Assembly (NCBI GenBank): GCA_000614405.2
Contig: GCA_000614405.2_3612.1
Reading direction: 5' to 3' (one strand)
From: Escherichia coli O157:H7 str. 2011EL-2287
GTDB lineage: Bacteria > Pseudomonadota > Gammaproteobacteria > Enterobacterales > Enterobacteriaceae
DNA: 64,000 nucleotides
The notes beneath the pieces were generated by a model that saw only the letters and a list, made by a program, of their open reading frames with translations, ran no database searches and was not told the origin of the DNA. The translations under genes were made by a program, and so were the position numbers. Of this stretch, positions 55,078 to 64,000 are shown piece after piece. How positions within the stretch are numbered: the stretch's first letter is position 1; every line of letters starts with the position of its first letter.

Positions 55078-55296
55078 ATGACAACCCGTAAAATTAAAGT
55101 TGTTTGCATTGAATCGACTGGGGGCGCTTTTGTAGTTGGTCAGGAATATAATGCGGTTTTAATGGGTACGGATTGGAAGGTTAAAGGCCTTAATGGTTAC
55201 GAGTACGGCACTACTTGCGGCTTGCGTGGTCGAATCGGATACGTGAGTTTAGACAATAAAGAAAAATTTGTTTTCGACACCCTTGTGAGTAAATAG
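55078..55296 (+). CDS. small paralog-family protein
   Basis: RBS AAAGAGAGAAAG; beta-rich small protein similar to the 37-39 kb family. Confidence 0.45.
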   Translation: MTTRKIKVVCIESTGGAFVVGQEYNAVLMGTDWKVKGLNGYEYGTTCGLRGRIGYVSLDNKEKFVFDTLVSK

Positions 55297-55373
55297 CATG
55301 AATTGCTAAAAACTGATCTGCGAACTGCTGTATTATCAACTAATCAAAACGAACCACATAAAGAGGAAACATC

Positions 55374-55637
55374 ATGAAACGTCTGGATCAGCTTAAACTA
55401 GTTCAGTACATGGCCTACAAAGTTCTTGAAGTCCAAAAAGGTAGCAAAAAAGAGGTTTGCGAGAAAGCTTATAAGATCTTTACCCGCAAAAAAGATGACT
55501 GGATGCTACGCCAGACCAAAAAGGCTGACATCTTGGGGTACCTGGAAGAAGAGATCCGCCTTGAAGAGCAAGAAGAGATCCGCCGCAGTGAAGCAGATTA
55601 TCAGGCAGCCTGGGAAAACTGGATGAATAACAAATAA
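55374..55637 (+). CDS. hypothetical protein
   Basis: RBS AAAGAGGAAA. Confidence 0.45.
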   Translation: MKRLDQLKLVQYMAYKVLEVQKGSKKEVCEKAYKIFTRKKDDWMLRQTKKADILGYLEEEIRLEEQEEIRRSEADYQAAWENWMNNK

Positions 55638-55704
55638 TACAACAAGTTACATGGTCAGGGGGGCAATAAAGCCCCTTGATCACATAAAAATTATGCTATC
55701 CTTA

Positions 55705-55733
55705 TTGACAAGGATCGGCAGTTTTGCTATATT
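55705..55733 (+). promoter_or_regulatory. sigma70-like promoter
   Basis: TTGACA-N17-TATATT upstream of 55783 gene. Confidence 0.5.
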
Positions 55734-55782
55734 CTTTTTTAAAGGGAAGTTGTAAGAAAATTAACTAAGAGGTAAAAACACC

Positions 55783-56202
55783 ATGAACATTAAATCTAAT
55801 AATCCGGCATATAGCTTTGATAACGCTTTTTGTCACGGTCCGGCGGCGAAAGGATTCGAAATCGATGGTAAACTAATTATTGTCAATGTTGACGGGGAAG
55901 AGGTTGCAGTATATCCGGTGGCAGACGTAAAAAGCCGTTTACAATGCCGCATTGATGTTACCGCCTATCAGCTTGATCCGGTCCGCATAGTTGCCCTGGT
56001 CCTGGAAGAAGAAATTAAAGCCATGCACCATAGCAACAGGTTTATTGGTGACGCTCAGGATAATATGAAGGTGTGCCGCCATAAAGTTAATGAAGTGCTT
56101 AAAGAGTACGGCTATAAAGATCTTATGATCAAACGTGATGAAAAATTCCGGTACCGTAACGACCTGGCAAATCGGATTTTTGAAATATACGAATCATTAT
56201 AA
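55783..56202 (+). CDS. hypothetical protein
   Basis: RBS AAGAGG; last gene before non-coding region. Confidence 0.5.
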   Translation: MNIKSNNPAYSFDNAFCHGPAAKGFEIDGKLIIVNVDGEEVAVYPVADVKSRLQCRIDVTAYQLDPVRIVALVLEEEIKAMHHSNRFIGDAQDNMKVCRHKVNEVLKEYGYKDLMIKRDEKFRYRNDLANRIFEIYESL

Positions 56203-56220
56203 TTTTTTAACTGAATTATC

Positions 56221-56246
56221 AAGGGGCTTAGGCCCCTTTCTTTTTG
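56221..56246 (+). terminator. rho-independent terminator
   Basis: Hairpin AAGGGGC-TTAG-GCCCCTT + TCTTTTTG. Confidence 0.6.
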
Positions 56247-56854
56247 TCTGATCTTCCCCCTACCATAAACGGCCCTACCTGGCAAGTGGAATAATTGACG
56301 AGCCATCAACCCCACACACTGTACAAATATACATGGAAAATAACTATTGCATAATTTTTCATTGTGTGGTAGCAAGTCCATTTTTACCCGTTTTCTCTCC
56401 CAAAAGTGCACGTAATGCCGCTATTGCACAAATTTTAACCTGATGCACATCTCCAATATCTTGTCAACAACTAAAAATCTTTATAAGTCATACACTTACA
56501 CAGCATCGAAAGCGTGTTCTACGCGAAAAATCGAGTATAACTATAGCCGCCAGATCTCAGAATTCACGTACGCACGCCATTCTATAGCCTGCAAAGTATT
56601 TATTCCAACCACAGAATAACGGAATAGTCAATACCTGCATAAAATAATTATTCGTGTAAACTGCATAACATAAATCAGCTCAGGTGTCAACATTTTTCGT
56701 AAACAGTCCGAAATTATCACGATGAGTTATCATAAACAGAGAAATCTTTAGTCGTCTAATGTTTACTGTACATTACTATATTGACTGGAATCATTAGATG
56801 ACTAATAGAAAGATAAGAAATAATTAACAATACAATTATTTTATCTGTAACAAT

Positions 56855-57052
56855 AAGGCAACTATGCAAACGAATGGCATGGCGCGACGGAGTCGCGACA
56901 TAATATAAAAGCAGTAACCATCACCCCCGTGATAGTTTGTCTGCAATCTATTAATCAGATCATAGTTGCCTTGTATTTAGTTAATCATGACATAACAAGC
57001 AAGGCAACTATAGATCTGCTAATAGTTGCCCTGCTTTTATATTATGTCATAG
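56855..57052. repeat. nested palindromes / inverted iterons (AGGCAACTAT x4 alternating; 18-bp inverted repeat)
   Basis: AGGCAACTAT at 56856 and 57002, inverse at 56962 and 57023; GACATAATATAAAAGCAG (56893) inverted at 57031; GCAAACGAATGGCATGGC repeated at 56865 and 57127. Confidence 0.5.
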
Positions 57053-57157
57053 AAACACCCGAAGGGGTGACCAAAGGTCACCTGGCATAGCCAGTGAAAT
57101 ATTGTAAACAAGTTAATTATTGTCATGCAAACGAATGGCATGGCTTATCATCTCTGT

Positions 57158-57289
57158 GTAAACAGTTTGTTTGTAAACAGTTTATACGTGAACAGTTAAC
57201 TATGTAAACTATTGAGAATGTAAACAGTAAAGGAAGTGAATAGTAAGCGAGTGAATATTAATAGCGTGAATAGTGACAGCGTAAACAGT
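57158..57289 (+). repeat. iteron array: nine 9-bp direct repeats GT(A/G)AA(C/T)A(G/T)T at ~15-bp periodicity
   Basis: Copies start at 57158, 57173, 57188, 57205, 57220, 57236, 57251, 57266, 57281; non-coding context. Confidence 0.6.
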
Positions 57290-57873
57290 CAGGCATGTCA
57301 ATTAAGTCTAAAGTGTCAAAGGTGTCATATTATGTCACCATTATGTCAGACAAGTTTTTCTCCTCTTTGTCAAGTGCTGCATGAAAATTTACAATCTGGT
57401 ATGGTAGCATTTTTGCGGCCCTGTTTACATTCAGTTGTGTATGTATAAGCCTTGTTGTGTGGGCGTTTAGACGTCTAGACGGTTGGAAGTCTACAGGTCA
57501 ATATCTAATCTATTGGTTGCTAACTATATCCCACACAAATAGTAAGAAATATAATTGTTATGTGTGTAAACTGTAACTCATGTTATCAATCCCTGTATGG
57601 ATCGCCAGTGGTGCGCATAATGGGTATTATGTTAAATTGCCCGTAATGATAACAGTTCTCACAATGATAGGTATTCTCATTCACCCCACAAGATAGGTTG
57701 CAAATGTTGTGCCACTGTGTGAACGGCCTCACCTATTAATTTGCCTCACTGCCTCGATATTTGAGAATTATTATAAGAATGAGAAGTATTCCCATTCCGT
57801 CCGCCTGGCAGCACTCCTGTCGGTCAGGTCAAAATCGTGGTAGAATTGGGCCTATTCAGATATTTCTGGCTGA

Positions 57874-58068
57874 CTCTTCAGGTCTGTGTGGGAAAAGCCA
57901 ACCTCTCCGGCGGGGCAGGGGGAGGTCAATTAAAAAATTTACGTGGTGTATGAAGCGCTCTTCAGGTAAGGCAGGTATTATGGGATGAAACCCTCTTCAG
58001 GCAATGATATTTGTGGGTGTGATATTTGCTGGAAAGCCAGATATGACGGGACTCCCGGCGGGGCAGGG
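57874..58068 (+). repeat. direct repeats (CTCTTCAGG x3; CCGGCGGGGCAGGG x2)
   Basis: CTCTTCAGG at 57874, 57958, 57993; CCGGCGGGGCAGGG at 57907 and 58055. Confidence 0.4.
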
Positions 58069-58765
58069 GTAGTACAGACAGGGAAAATATGGGGATGTAG
58101 TTGGGTGAATTGATCGGGCAGGTAGAGTATGGAATATGTTACAAGTATGTTAAATATGGAGGTTGAATATCTGTAGGATTTGTGTGTAAAATCAAAGACT
58201 TAAGGGGTGTTGTGGTATTTTCTATAAATAATTCAAGTTTAATAGGCAATATTTGTCTCTATCCGCTTTGTGTGGTAAACAGATTCAGATTAGATTGGTT
58301 TACAAGTGTATACATAATATACAAATTAAAGATACAAGAAACCCCCCTCCCCCCTTCGGCTACCATTCACCTTTTCCTCTGACTGGTACTTAAACACTTA
58401 TTCAGACTCTTCAGGTTATCACCCATATATCATATGGCAGTGACTGGTGTCCTCCGGCCCCTCTTTCGTCACCCGTCCGCTTCGCCATGCTAATGCCATA
58501 GCTAATGGTTCGGTTGTTCACCCTGTTCACTCAGGTGTATCTCTATACCCCTTCAAACCGAAGAGAACAGAAAACCCGAATTACTCGGTAAAAGAAAAGA
58601 GAAGAACTTAATTTTATCAGGATAGGCAAGAATGTCAAGGCATGACTGCTCACTAAACAAGCAAACAGTCATGTGTGGGAGGTAAGTGATTGTGGTGGTA
58701 GGAAATTTAGTTGAAAGATGTGTTATAGGTGCTTCCAGCACTTTAGCCGGGCAGCTAATTGTGTG

Positions 58766-58981
58766 TCAGTCCAGCGGTTCATCCTCTACTTCACTGAAAT
58801 CAATGTTCATGGTCTCTTCCCAACCATCGATCTCAGCACAAGAGTGGAGTTCTTTAGGGTTTACTCCCAAAGCCTCAGCAACAGAGTCTATATTTAACAC
58901 CTCTGGCAGGTATGATTCATCGAATTCAAGGTAAATCAGGCCACGAGTGTTGTCAGCTCCACCAAATATTTCTATCTTCAT
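58766..58981 (-). CDS. small acidic protein
   Basis: ORF at 3' end of leftward cluster; Glu/Asp-rich. Confidence 0.4.
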   Translation of the reverse strand: MKIEIFGGADNTRGLIYLEFDESYLPEVLNIDSVAEALGVNPKELHSCAEIDGWEETMNIDFSEVEDEPLD

Positions 58982-59102
58982 AAAATCTCCTCTGGGAATG
59001 AAAGTGTGAACAGGGTTTTATACGTTCTAATGCACAGGAATTATACACGTTTGCCTCTTCAGGCCATGCTTTAGCATGAGGAACCTGTGTGGGCTCGGTG
59101 CT

Positions 59103-59516
59103 TCATAGTCTACCACCTCTGAACTCTTCGTGCTCAGGCATAATAGAGAACCAGATATCTACGATGTCCTCCCACGTCAGGTCATCAGCCTCAGGATCTG
59201 TCTGGGACGAAGATGAAGAGTCCTCAGAATCTAAGTTTTCCTCTTTAACTGGCTCATCCAAGGGACATATGGTCACTCCTTCGGATGTCTCTTCAGATGC
59301 ATGTGTGTTGATCATGTTCCACCCGTGAGTATTCCGGCAACAGCCGCTATGGAAGTAATGATCATCAGGATCACCACTAAAACTTCGGACAATGTTCTCA
59401 TTGTGTATTCCATATTCTCCAAATGATGTGTGGATATTATCACTGGAGCGGCAATGTGTCAACAGAAACGCCGCGAGGGTTTGGTTAAAATCCGAGCGTA
59501 TGGTGATTTGGGTCAA
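59103..59516 (-). CDS. hypothetical acidic protein (start uncertain)
   Basis: ORF with Ser/Asp/Glu-rich C-terminal half; alternative internal start near 59315. Confidence 0.3.
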   Translation of the reverse strand: MTQITIRSDFNQTLAAFLLTHCRSSDNIHTSFGEYGIHNENIVRSFSGDPDDHYFHSGCCRNTHGWNMINTHASEETSEGVTICPLDEPVKEENLDSEDSSSSSQTDPEADDLTWEDIVDIWFSIMPEHEEFRGGRL

Positions 59517-59617
59517 AACGGACGTGCGTTCTCGCTACGCTCGAAAAAGAGAGTTGTTTGTAGGAAGCTCTTAAACGCTCTGTAAGGAGATTATCTGTCC
59601 AAGGTATGCAATCGTGC

Positions 59618-59652
59618 ACCAGATAAAGAAAAGGACGCCACAGAGCGTCCTA
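59618..59652 (-). terminator. putative rho-independent terminator
   Basis: Hairpin AGGACGC/GCGTCCT with T-run TTTTCTTTATCT on - strand. Confidence 0.45.
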
Positions 59653-59675
59653 GGTGTCTTAAATTTGATATTTTG

Positions 59676-59987
59676 CTATACCCATGAGGGCTTATCAAGG
59701 TTGGAGTAGCTAAAAGGTGTCAAAAGGTGACTGTCAAAATCTCTCAAACTATCCAAATCTTTTTCCTCGTCCTGACACCATCTGTGCCTACATTTATTGT
59801 TGTAGTGCATAGAATGCATAGCGTTCTGCAACTTAACAGGCACAATTGATTCAGGAGTAGTTAGTATTGTTGGGTATGCCAGAACCACCTCAAACAGTGG
59901 AAACACATCGAAACTAAAATCTACCTCTGCAGAGGTTGATGGCATGTAGGAGTATTTAGCCGTCTTTGTAGACATAATCCACCTCAC
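59676..59987 (-). CDS. hypothetical protein
   Basis: ORF; overlapping start/stop with next gene. Confidence 0.4.
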   Translation of the reverse strand: MRWIMSTKTAKYSYMPSTSAEVDFSFDVFPLFEVVLAYPTILTTPESIVPVKLQNAMHSMHYNNKCRHRWCQDEEKDLDSLRDFDSHLLTPFSYSNLDKPSWV

Positions 59988-60310
59988 ACAGGTTTGATAA
60001 TACCTTCACCGAATAACTCTTCATATCTAATCTTATCCGGATCCCACTCCTGGATAATTTCGAAGACAATATCCAACCCTGGGATAATCACTTCTCCAGT
60101 GTCAAGTTTGGCAAGAACAAAACCAGAAGGCTGAATGGTTTCCCAGTTGCGACGATTGGAATAGAAGACCTCGAAAATATCACCGACCTTGATCTGTTGA
60201 TCAAGATGTTCAAGGTTCTCTTTCATGTAGACGCAGCGTATTTTTCGTGCAGGCCATAGACCACCTGCATCGCGTTCATTCAATTCTTTTACAGTGATCG
60301 GTATACTCAT
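59984..60310 (-). CDS. hypothetical protein
   Basis: ORF in leftward operon. Confidence 0.4.
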   Translation of the reverse strand: MSIPITVKELNERDAGGLWPARKIRCVYMKENLEHLDQQIKVGDIFEVFYSNRRNWETIQPSGFVLAKLDTGEVIIPGLDIVFEIIQEWDPDKIRYEELFGEGIIKPV

Positions 60311-60327
60311 CTCAAATCTCCTTCATA

Positions 60328-60358
60328 GATAGTAAAAAGAGGGGCCCAAGCCCCTCTC
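60328..60358 (-). terminator. putative intra-operon terminator/attenuator
   Basis: Hairpin AGAGGGGC-TTGG-GCCCCTCT followed by TTTTTACT on - strand. Confidence 0.45.
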
Positions 60359-60365
60359 TTTGTCA

Positions 60366-60671
60366 TTATTCTACAGAGCGTTTGAACAGAATGTCTGCCT
60401 CGGACATGTGCTCAACCTCTTCTTCGATTTTAGCTCGACGTTTTTCAGCCTCATATCGAATATCGAACTCGGTAGCCACCAGAGATTTGATGAATTTAGG
60501 AGAATACAGATGATCCTGCTTCTCAACAAGAATGATATCCTTGATGGCATCTTTCAGATCTTTAATCTGAAGTTGGAGTTCCACCAGTTCTTCGATTGTT
60601 TTGCGAAGGCGATCACGCTCTGCAGTGTCAGAAGGAAGAGAGGTGAACAGTTCAACTTTAGATTTAGCCAT
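60366..60671 (-). CDS. coiled-coil protein
   Basis: Charged heptad-like sequence (ELVELQLQIKDLKDAIKD). Confidence 0.45.
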   Translation of the reverse strand: MAKSKVELFTSLPSDTAERDRLRKTIEELVELQLQIKDLKDAIKDIILVEKQDHLYSPKFIKSLVATEFDIRYEAEKRRAKIEEEVEHMSEADILFKRSVE

Positions 60672-60699
60672 AGTAAGAGTCTCCTTATGTTGTTTTAAA

Positions 60700-60951
60700 T
60701 TAACGTTCTACAAAAATACCGTTCAGTTCAATAACCAGGAATTTCTGGTCTTCACTATCGTCTCGTGCCAGCACCTCACAGACGTATCGGTCATCCCCAT
60801 CATCATCGCAGTCAAATACAAGACTGAGGACTTTATCATGATAAACCTTCGCCACTACCGCCTCGTAAGTATTGCCGATTGTGAATCCAAGATAATCTCC
60901 GATGCATTTGACAACAACATGGTCGCCAGCATTCAAGTCAATCTTCGTCAT
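60700..60951 (-). CDS. small acidic protein
   Basis: ATG after AAGGAG RBS on - strand (ORF track extends to 61017); DCDDDGDD acidic patch. Confidence 0.4.
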   Translation of the reverse strand: MTKIDLNAGDHVVVKCIGDYLGFTIGNTYEAVVAKVYHDKVLSLVFDCDDDGDDRYVCEVLARDDSEDQKFLVIELNGIFVER

Positions 60952-61106
60952 TACTGCGCTCCTTGGGTAATAATACTGTATGTAAAACTTTAACCAGAGA
61001 TGTGAATAACGCCCCAAAACACACCGATAGCGCTAAAACAGACAAGGCCATCATTAAAGCTTCAGTAAAATCTGTCATTCCTCACCTCTTGTTAGTCACT
61101 ATACTA

Positions 61107-61370
61107 TCATTTATCCTTACCGTCAAGAACTTTTTTAAATCTTTCAGGGATATCTCCCGTTCTTAGATAGTTCATGACCTCACAAGGTTCCCACTTGAAT
61201 TTCTTACAAAGCAGGGCGGCTGATATTGTCTCATTGCGAAAAGAAAGGATATTAATATCCCATTCTGAGAACCCCAACTTCCGAAGGGTAGCTACAGAAA
61301 TCCTCACCGCAACCCAGCAGCAAAAACATGCAACAAACGCCACTGCTATAACCCACATCAGGATGTTCAT
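61107..61370 (-). CDS. membrane protein
   Basis: N-terminal TM helix ILMWVIAVAFVACFCCWVAV. Confidence 0.4.
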   Translation of the reverse strand: MNILMWVIAVAFVACFCCWVAVRISVATLRKLGFSEWDINILSFRNETISAALLCKKFKWEPCEVMNYLRTGDIPERFKKVLDGKDK

Positions 61371-61459
61371 ACAAGCACCTCACTGAAATACAAGACACAG
61401 TGTTAAGGTTACTGACCAGCAAATAATTAACAGTGCCGTTGCAACCTTGGCAAGATTTA

Positions 61460-61747
61460 TCATAGTGCCTCTAAGATTTCATATCCTTCGGGTCGGAATA
61501 CAAGCCACTCCGTGGCTCCGTTTGGTCGATACGCTTTATACAGAACAACCTGATCTCGGCACATGCACATAGCTACATAGTTTTCATCCACACCTGCAGC
61601 CTGCATTGCAGCTTCTTCTCCGGCAACTGCTTTGCTTACAACCTCCTTGGTAGGCAGGTGTGCGATCAGCTCGTCACCATCATTAATTCCAAAATGGCTG
61701 AGCTCTCCATTGGTATCTTTAATCTTAATCTTAACCAGATCTTTCAT
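61460..61747 (-). CDS. small paralog-family protein (leftward cluster)
   Basis: ORF; acidic, similar size and composition to neighbours. Confidence 0.4.
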   Translation of the reverse strand: MKDLVKIKIKDTNGELSHFGINDGDELIAHLPTKEVVSKAVAGEEAAMQAAGVDENYVAMCMCRDQVVLYKAYRPNGATEWLVFRPEGYEILEAL

Positions 61748-62076
61748 TAGTCTTCCTCCAGGTTCAAAGGCCCTAAGATTTCATATGCCAGATTAGAAGT
61801 TACCAGAGGGTCTTCTGCATCTTTAGTATTATACCACCCGTGAATAACCAGAGTCCCACTCTGTTTCATATCCAACTGGAACTGTTCTGCAGTTTCCTCA
61901 TCCATCTCTAAGATCTCCATGAGGTATTTGATGTTAGGAAGGTATGCAGCTGTTACAGTTCCCTCCACCAAACCTTCGGGCCAACCTACATCTGGATGAC
62001 AAGTAGGAACCAGGTTGGTCAGCTTAATGGTGTACGCTTTTTCTGCACGAGCCTTCAGTAACGGGTCAATCTTCAT
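61747..62076 (-). CDS. small paralog-family protein (leftward cluster)
   Basis: Overlapping start/stop. Confidence 0.4.
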   Translation of the reverse strand: MKIDPLLKARAEKAYTIKLTNLVPTCHPDVGWPEGLVEGTVTAAYLPNIKYLMEILEMDEETAEQFQLDMKQSGTLVIHGWYNTKDAEDPLVTSNLAYEILGPLNLEED

Positions 62077-62426
62077 TATTCGTCCTCCTCTTCGGTGCCT
62101 GCTTCCAGTAATAAGTTAAGAATATCTTCTGCACAAGGCTCATAGAACTCTTGGCCTTCATTATCGATGATTTTGTAGTCATCTCCACGAATAATCAGAG
62201 GATCACTCTCAAAATTATCGAGACCTTTAACAACGACAACACGATCGATTGCCATCATTGTAAGAACTTTATCAACATCTTCCTCTGCTACACCATACTG
62301 CAGCAGAATGTCTTTGGTAGGAGGAACAGCATCCACCACAACACCGTTACCAAAACCTTCCGGCAATTTAGATAAAATATCTTCCGGAACCGCATTCACA
62401 TCAAAACCGGTAATTTCTACTTTCAT
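62076..62426 (-). CDS. small paralog-family protein (leftward cluster)
   Basis: Overlapping start/stop; acidic. Confidence 0.4.
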   Translation of the reverse strand: MKVEITGFDVNAVPEDILSKLPEGFGNGVVVDAVPPTKDILLQYGVAEEDVDKVLTMMAIDRVVVVKGLDNFESDPLIIRGDDYKIIDNEGQEFYEPCAEDILNLLLEAGTEEEDE

Positions 62427-62687
62427 TTACAGCACCTCTTCGTCGACTACTTCATAAAAATGGCTTGGGATTGCAATAGCGTTCTCACCTTCACCTACAA
62501 ACACAGTTCCGTCAAGAATCAACATCATAAGAATTTCTGGAATATCCTCTTCCGGAACGTTGCCAAAACCTTTAATCAGCGTGTAGGTTGGAAGATTTAC
62601 CTCTAAGATGTCACCATCTTTAGAACGGAAATCTACACCGTCCTGAATCTCTGCCGTTTCAAGGTTTTTCAATTTAATCTTCATCAA
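62427..62687 (-). CDS. small paralog-family protein (leftward cluster)
   Basis: ORF; ...ILMMLILDGTVFVGEGE... resembles neighbours. Confidence 0.4.
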   Translation of the reverse strand: MMKIKLKNLETAEIQDGVDFRSKDGDILEVNLPTYTLIKGFGNVPEEDIPEILMMLILDGTVFVGEGENAIAIPSHFYEVVDEEVL

Positions 62688-62763
62688 TCGGTCTCCTGTC
62701 TTGTTAAGATGAAGGTATTATTTCACACAGGGTTGGCGTTGTCAACACCTGTGTGCAAGAAAA

Positions 62764-63159
62764 TTACTGAAACAGTGCGGATAAATTACCTTCTGGTGGA
62801 AACTTATCTGCCAAAAACGGTGTTAGCACAGTAGCCTTCTGAAGATCTGGGGTCCACTCGTTGTTCAGAACATCCCAGTAGTACGCAATGTTGCTGTGTG
62901 GGTGCCGCATTACGAACTTTTTCCCTTCGTAGTCATCTGAAACCTCTACAGAAGAAATAACAACAGAATCTTCAAGGGTTTCTTCATAGAAAGATCCACC
63001 TTCAAATTTCCAACGAGATGCAAGAGCCCCTGCCTTGAACGCTGCAGATAACGGACTGTCGGCAAGAACATACATTTCTTGCACTCTGTCGCTGCGATCT
63101 TTGCTTCTTACGTTGTATACAGTATCTGAGCTATACTCAACACGGTATAGTCTTACCAT
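62764..63159 (-). CDS. hypothetical protein
   Basis: ORF in leftward operon. Confidence 0.4.
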   Translation of the reverse strand: MVRLYRVEYSSDTVYNVRSKDRSDRVQEMYVLADSPLSAAFKAGALASRWKFEGGSFYEETLEDSVVISSVEVSDDYEGKKFVMRHPHSNIAYYWDVLNNEWTPDLQKATVLTPFLADKFPPEGNLSALFQ

Positions 63160-63491
63160 TACCGCACCTCCTCAATAACTTCCACATCTGAACCTACCAC
63201 AAATGCAAAAGGACAGGTTTCATGAAAGACATCCGGATCGCCGCCAAGCTTGCTAACAATTTCTCCACCACTAATAAACACAAGCTCACCGATATTCATC
63301 AGATTGCTGAAATAGTATCCATAATGATTAAAGAATGCAGCAGGGTCAGGTAAACTAGTAGCCTCAAGTTCTACATCGTTTGAGATTACTTTCTTATCAT
63401 AACCTCTCGCCTTCTGAGATGCAAGATCTGCAGAATCTTCAGGCGACCGGAGATGCACAGGAATTGTTTCACCAATAAATCGTACTTTCAT
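63159..63491 (-). CDS. hypothetical protein
   Basis: ATG at 63491 after GGGTGAG RBS (ORF track extends to 63518). Confidence 0.4.
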   Translation of the reverse strand: MKVRFIGETIPVHLRSPEDSADLASQKARGYDKKVISNDVELEATSLPDPAAFFNHYGYYFSNLMNIGELVFISGGEIVSKLGGDPDVFHETCPFAFVVGSDVEVIEEVR

Positions 63492-63495
63492 ATTC

Positions 63496-63759
63496 TCACC
63501 CAACAACCATAGCTTCAAAAGGAGTCATGAACGAATAAACGGCATCATCATCTGCTTCAGGGAATGCTCCCAAAGACTTCATGTCTGAGCCCTTGACAAA
63601 TACAAGGTTTTGATCAAAAGCTTCTTGGGGATCAATCCGATACATATCTCGTAGAATATCGCTTACCTCCTCATCAAGAGGTGAGTATGCTGTGCACGTT
63701 TTTCCGATCAAGCTTTGAGAATCAGGGTATCCACCTGAAGTTTTAAAATAAACAATCAT
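63496..63759 (-). CDS. small paralog-family protein (leftward cluster)
   Basis: ORF in operon. Confidence 0.4.
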   Translation of the reverse strand: MIVYFKTSGGYPDSQSLIGKTCTAYSPLDEEVSDILRDMYRIDPQEAFDQNLVFVKGSDMKSLGAFPEADDDAVYSFMTPFEAMVVG

Positions 63760-63854
63760 ATAGTATCACCTCTGGCAAGAGATGGGGATTCCTTTCCCAC
63801 AAATAATTACAAACTTTTCTTTTTATTGAGAGAAGTATGCTAATCCAAGCAGGA

Positions 63855-64000
63855 TTACTCTTCTACAATCTCATACACATCAGGAGTTACAATCAACTCT
63901 TCTCCGTTACCCGGTGCAACAAACACCACCAAGCCTTCAGGTGTGTGCTTTTTAGCCATCTCGATAACATCTTCCCGCAGAGCTGGCTCCATCAGATCAA
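63855..64000 (-). CDS. small paralog-family protein, 5'-partial (runs off window end)
   Basis: Open frame from window end to TAA at 63855; C-terminus ...LVVFVAPGNGEELIVTPDVYEIVEE resembles 62427 ORF. Confidence 0.35.
   Translation of the reverse strand, partial: DLMEPALREDVIEMAKKHTPEGLVVFVAPGNGEELIVTPDVYEIVEE

Noticed and set aside
57236-58741. ORF-track ORFs 57236-57448, 57761-57988, 58182-58382 and 58553-58741
   Set aside because: They fall in the repeat-rich non-coding region, lack RBSs, and their translations are low-complexity reflections of the iterons and repeats
59400-59440. TGTGGATAT considered as a DnaA box
   Set aside because: Single 8/9 match inside a coding region with no clustering
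1-64000. tRNA genes
   Set aside because: Scanned non-coding stretches for T-loop (GTTCGAATC-like) and cloverleaf patterns and found none; a proper tRNAscan search was not possible
1-64000. Prophage or integrative mobile element
   Set aside because: No integrase, transposase, att-like direct repeats or host-type genes; gene content is that of a lytic phage

Overview
This window looks like a 64-kb slice of a large virulent tailed dsDNA phage genome, probably of a Gram-negative host (AGGAG-type RBS, sigma70-like promoters, Fur-box-like operators, lambda-type Tfa chaperone). I saw no integrase, tRNA, rRNA or CRISPR array. All calls are from reading the sequence and the ORF track; no database search was run. 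Layout: (1) 1-12.2 kb, + strand late tail-fibre module: two paralogous tail fibres, a Tfa chaperone, a beta-rich fibre/spike and an 1878-aa Ig-domain giant protein, closed by a bidirectional terminator. (2) 12.2-19 kb, - strand accessory cluster: Zn-ribbon, HAD phosphatase, vWA + HExxH metallopeptidase, HNH-like protein. (3) 19-45 kb, + strand: MoxR-type AAA+ ATPase, signal-peptide SleB-like hydrolase coupled to an rIIA-like GHKL ATPase and putative rIIB, Dda-like helicase, Mod-like N6/N4 MTase, C5-MTase, T7-type replisome (TOPRIM primase-helicase, family A polymerase split by a group I intron in motif C, SSB ending DDDIPF), macro-domain protein and tandem families of tiny paralogs. (4) 45.1-46.2 kb: non-coding repeat region with two Fur-box-like sequences and GC-rich structured elements. 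(5) 46.2-56.2 kb: hyperplastic early-type region of about 30 small genes, each with its own promoter, leader hairpin and often terminator, plus three near-identical promoter-stem-loop repeats. (6) 56.2-58.8 kb: 2.5-kb non-coding region with nested palindromes and a 9-copy, 15-bp-period iteron array (candidate ori or pac). (7) 58.8-64 kb: - strand cluster of small acidic paralogous proteins. The strongest candidates for something undescribed are the Fur-box/GC-element units, the iteron array, the ORF-less polymerase intron and the separated MoxR/vWA pair; none amounts to a confidently identified new system.
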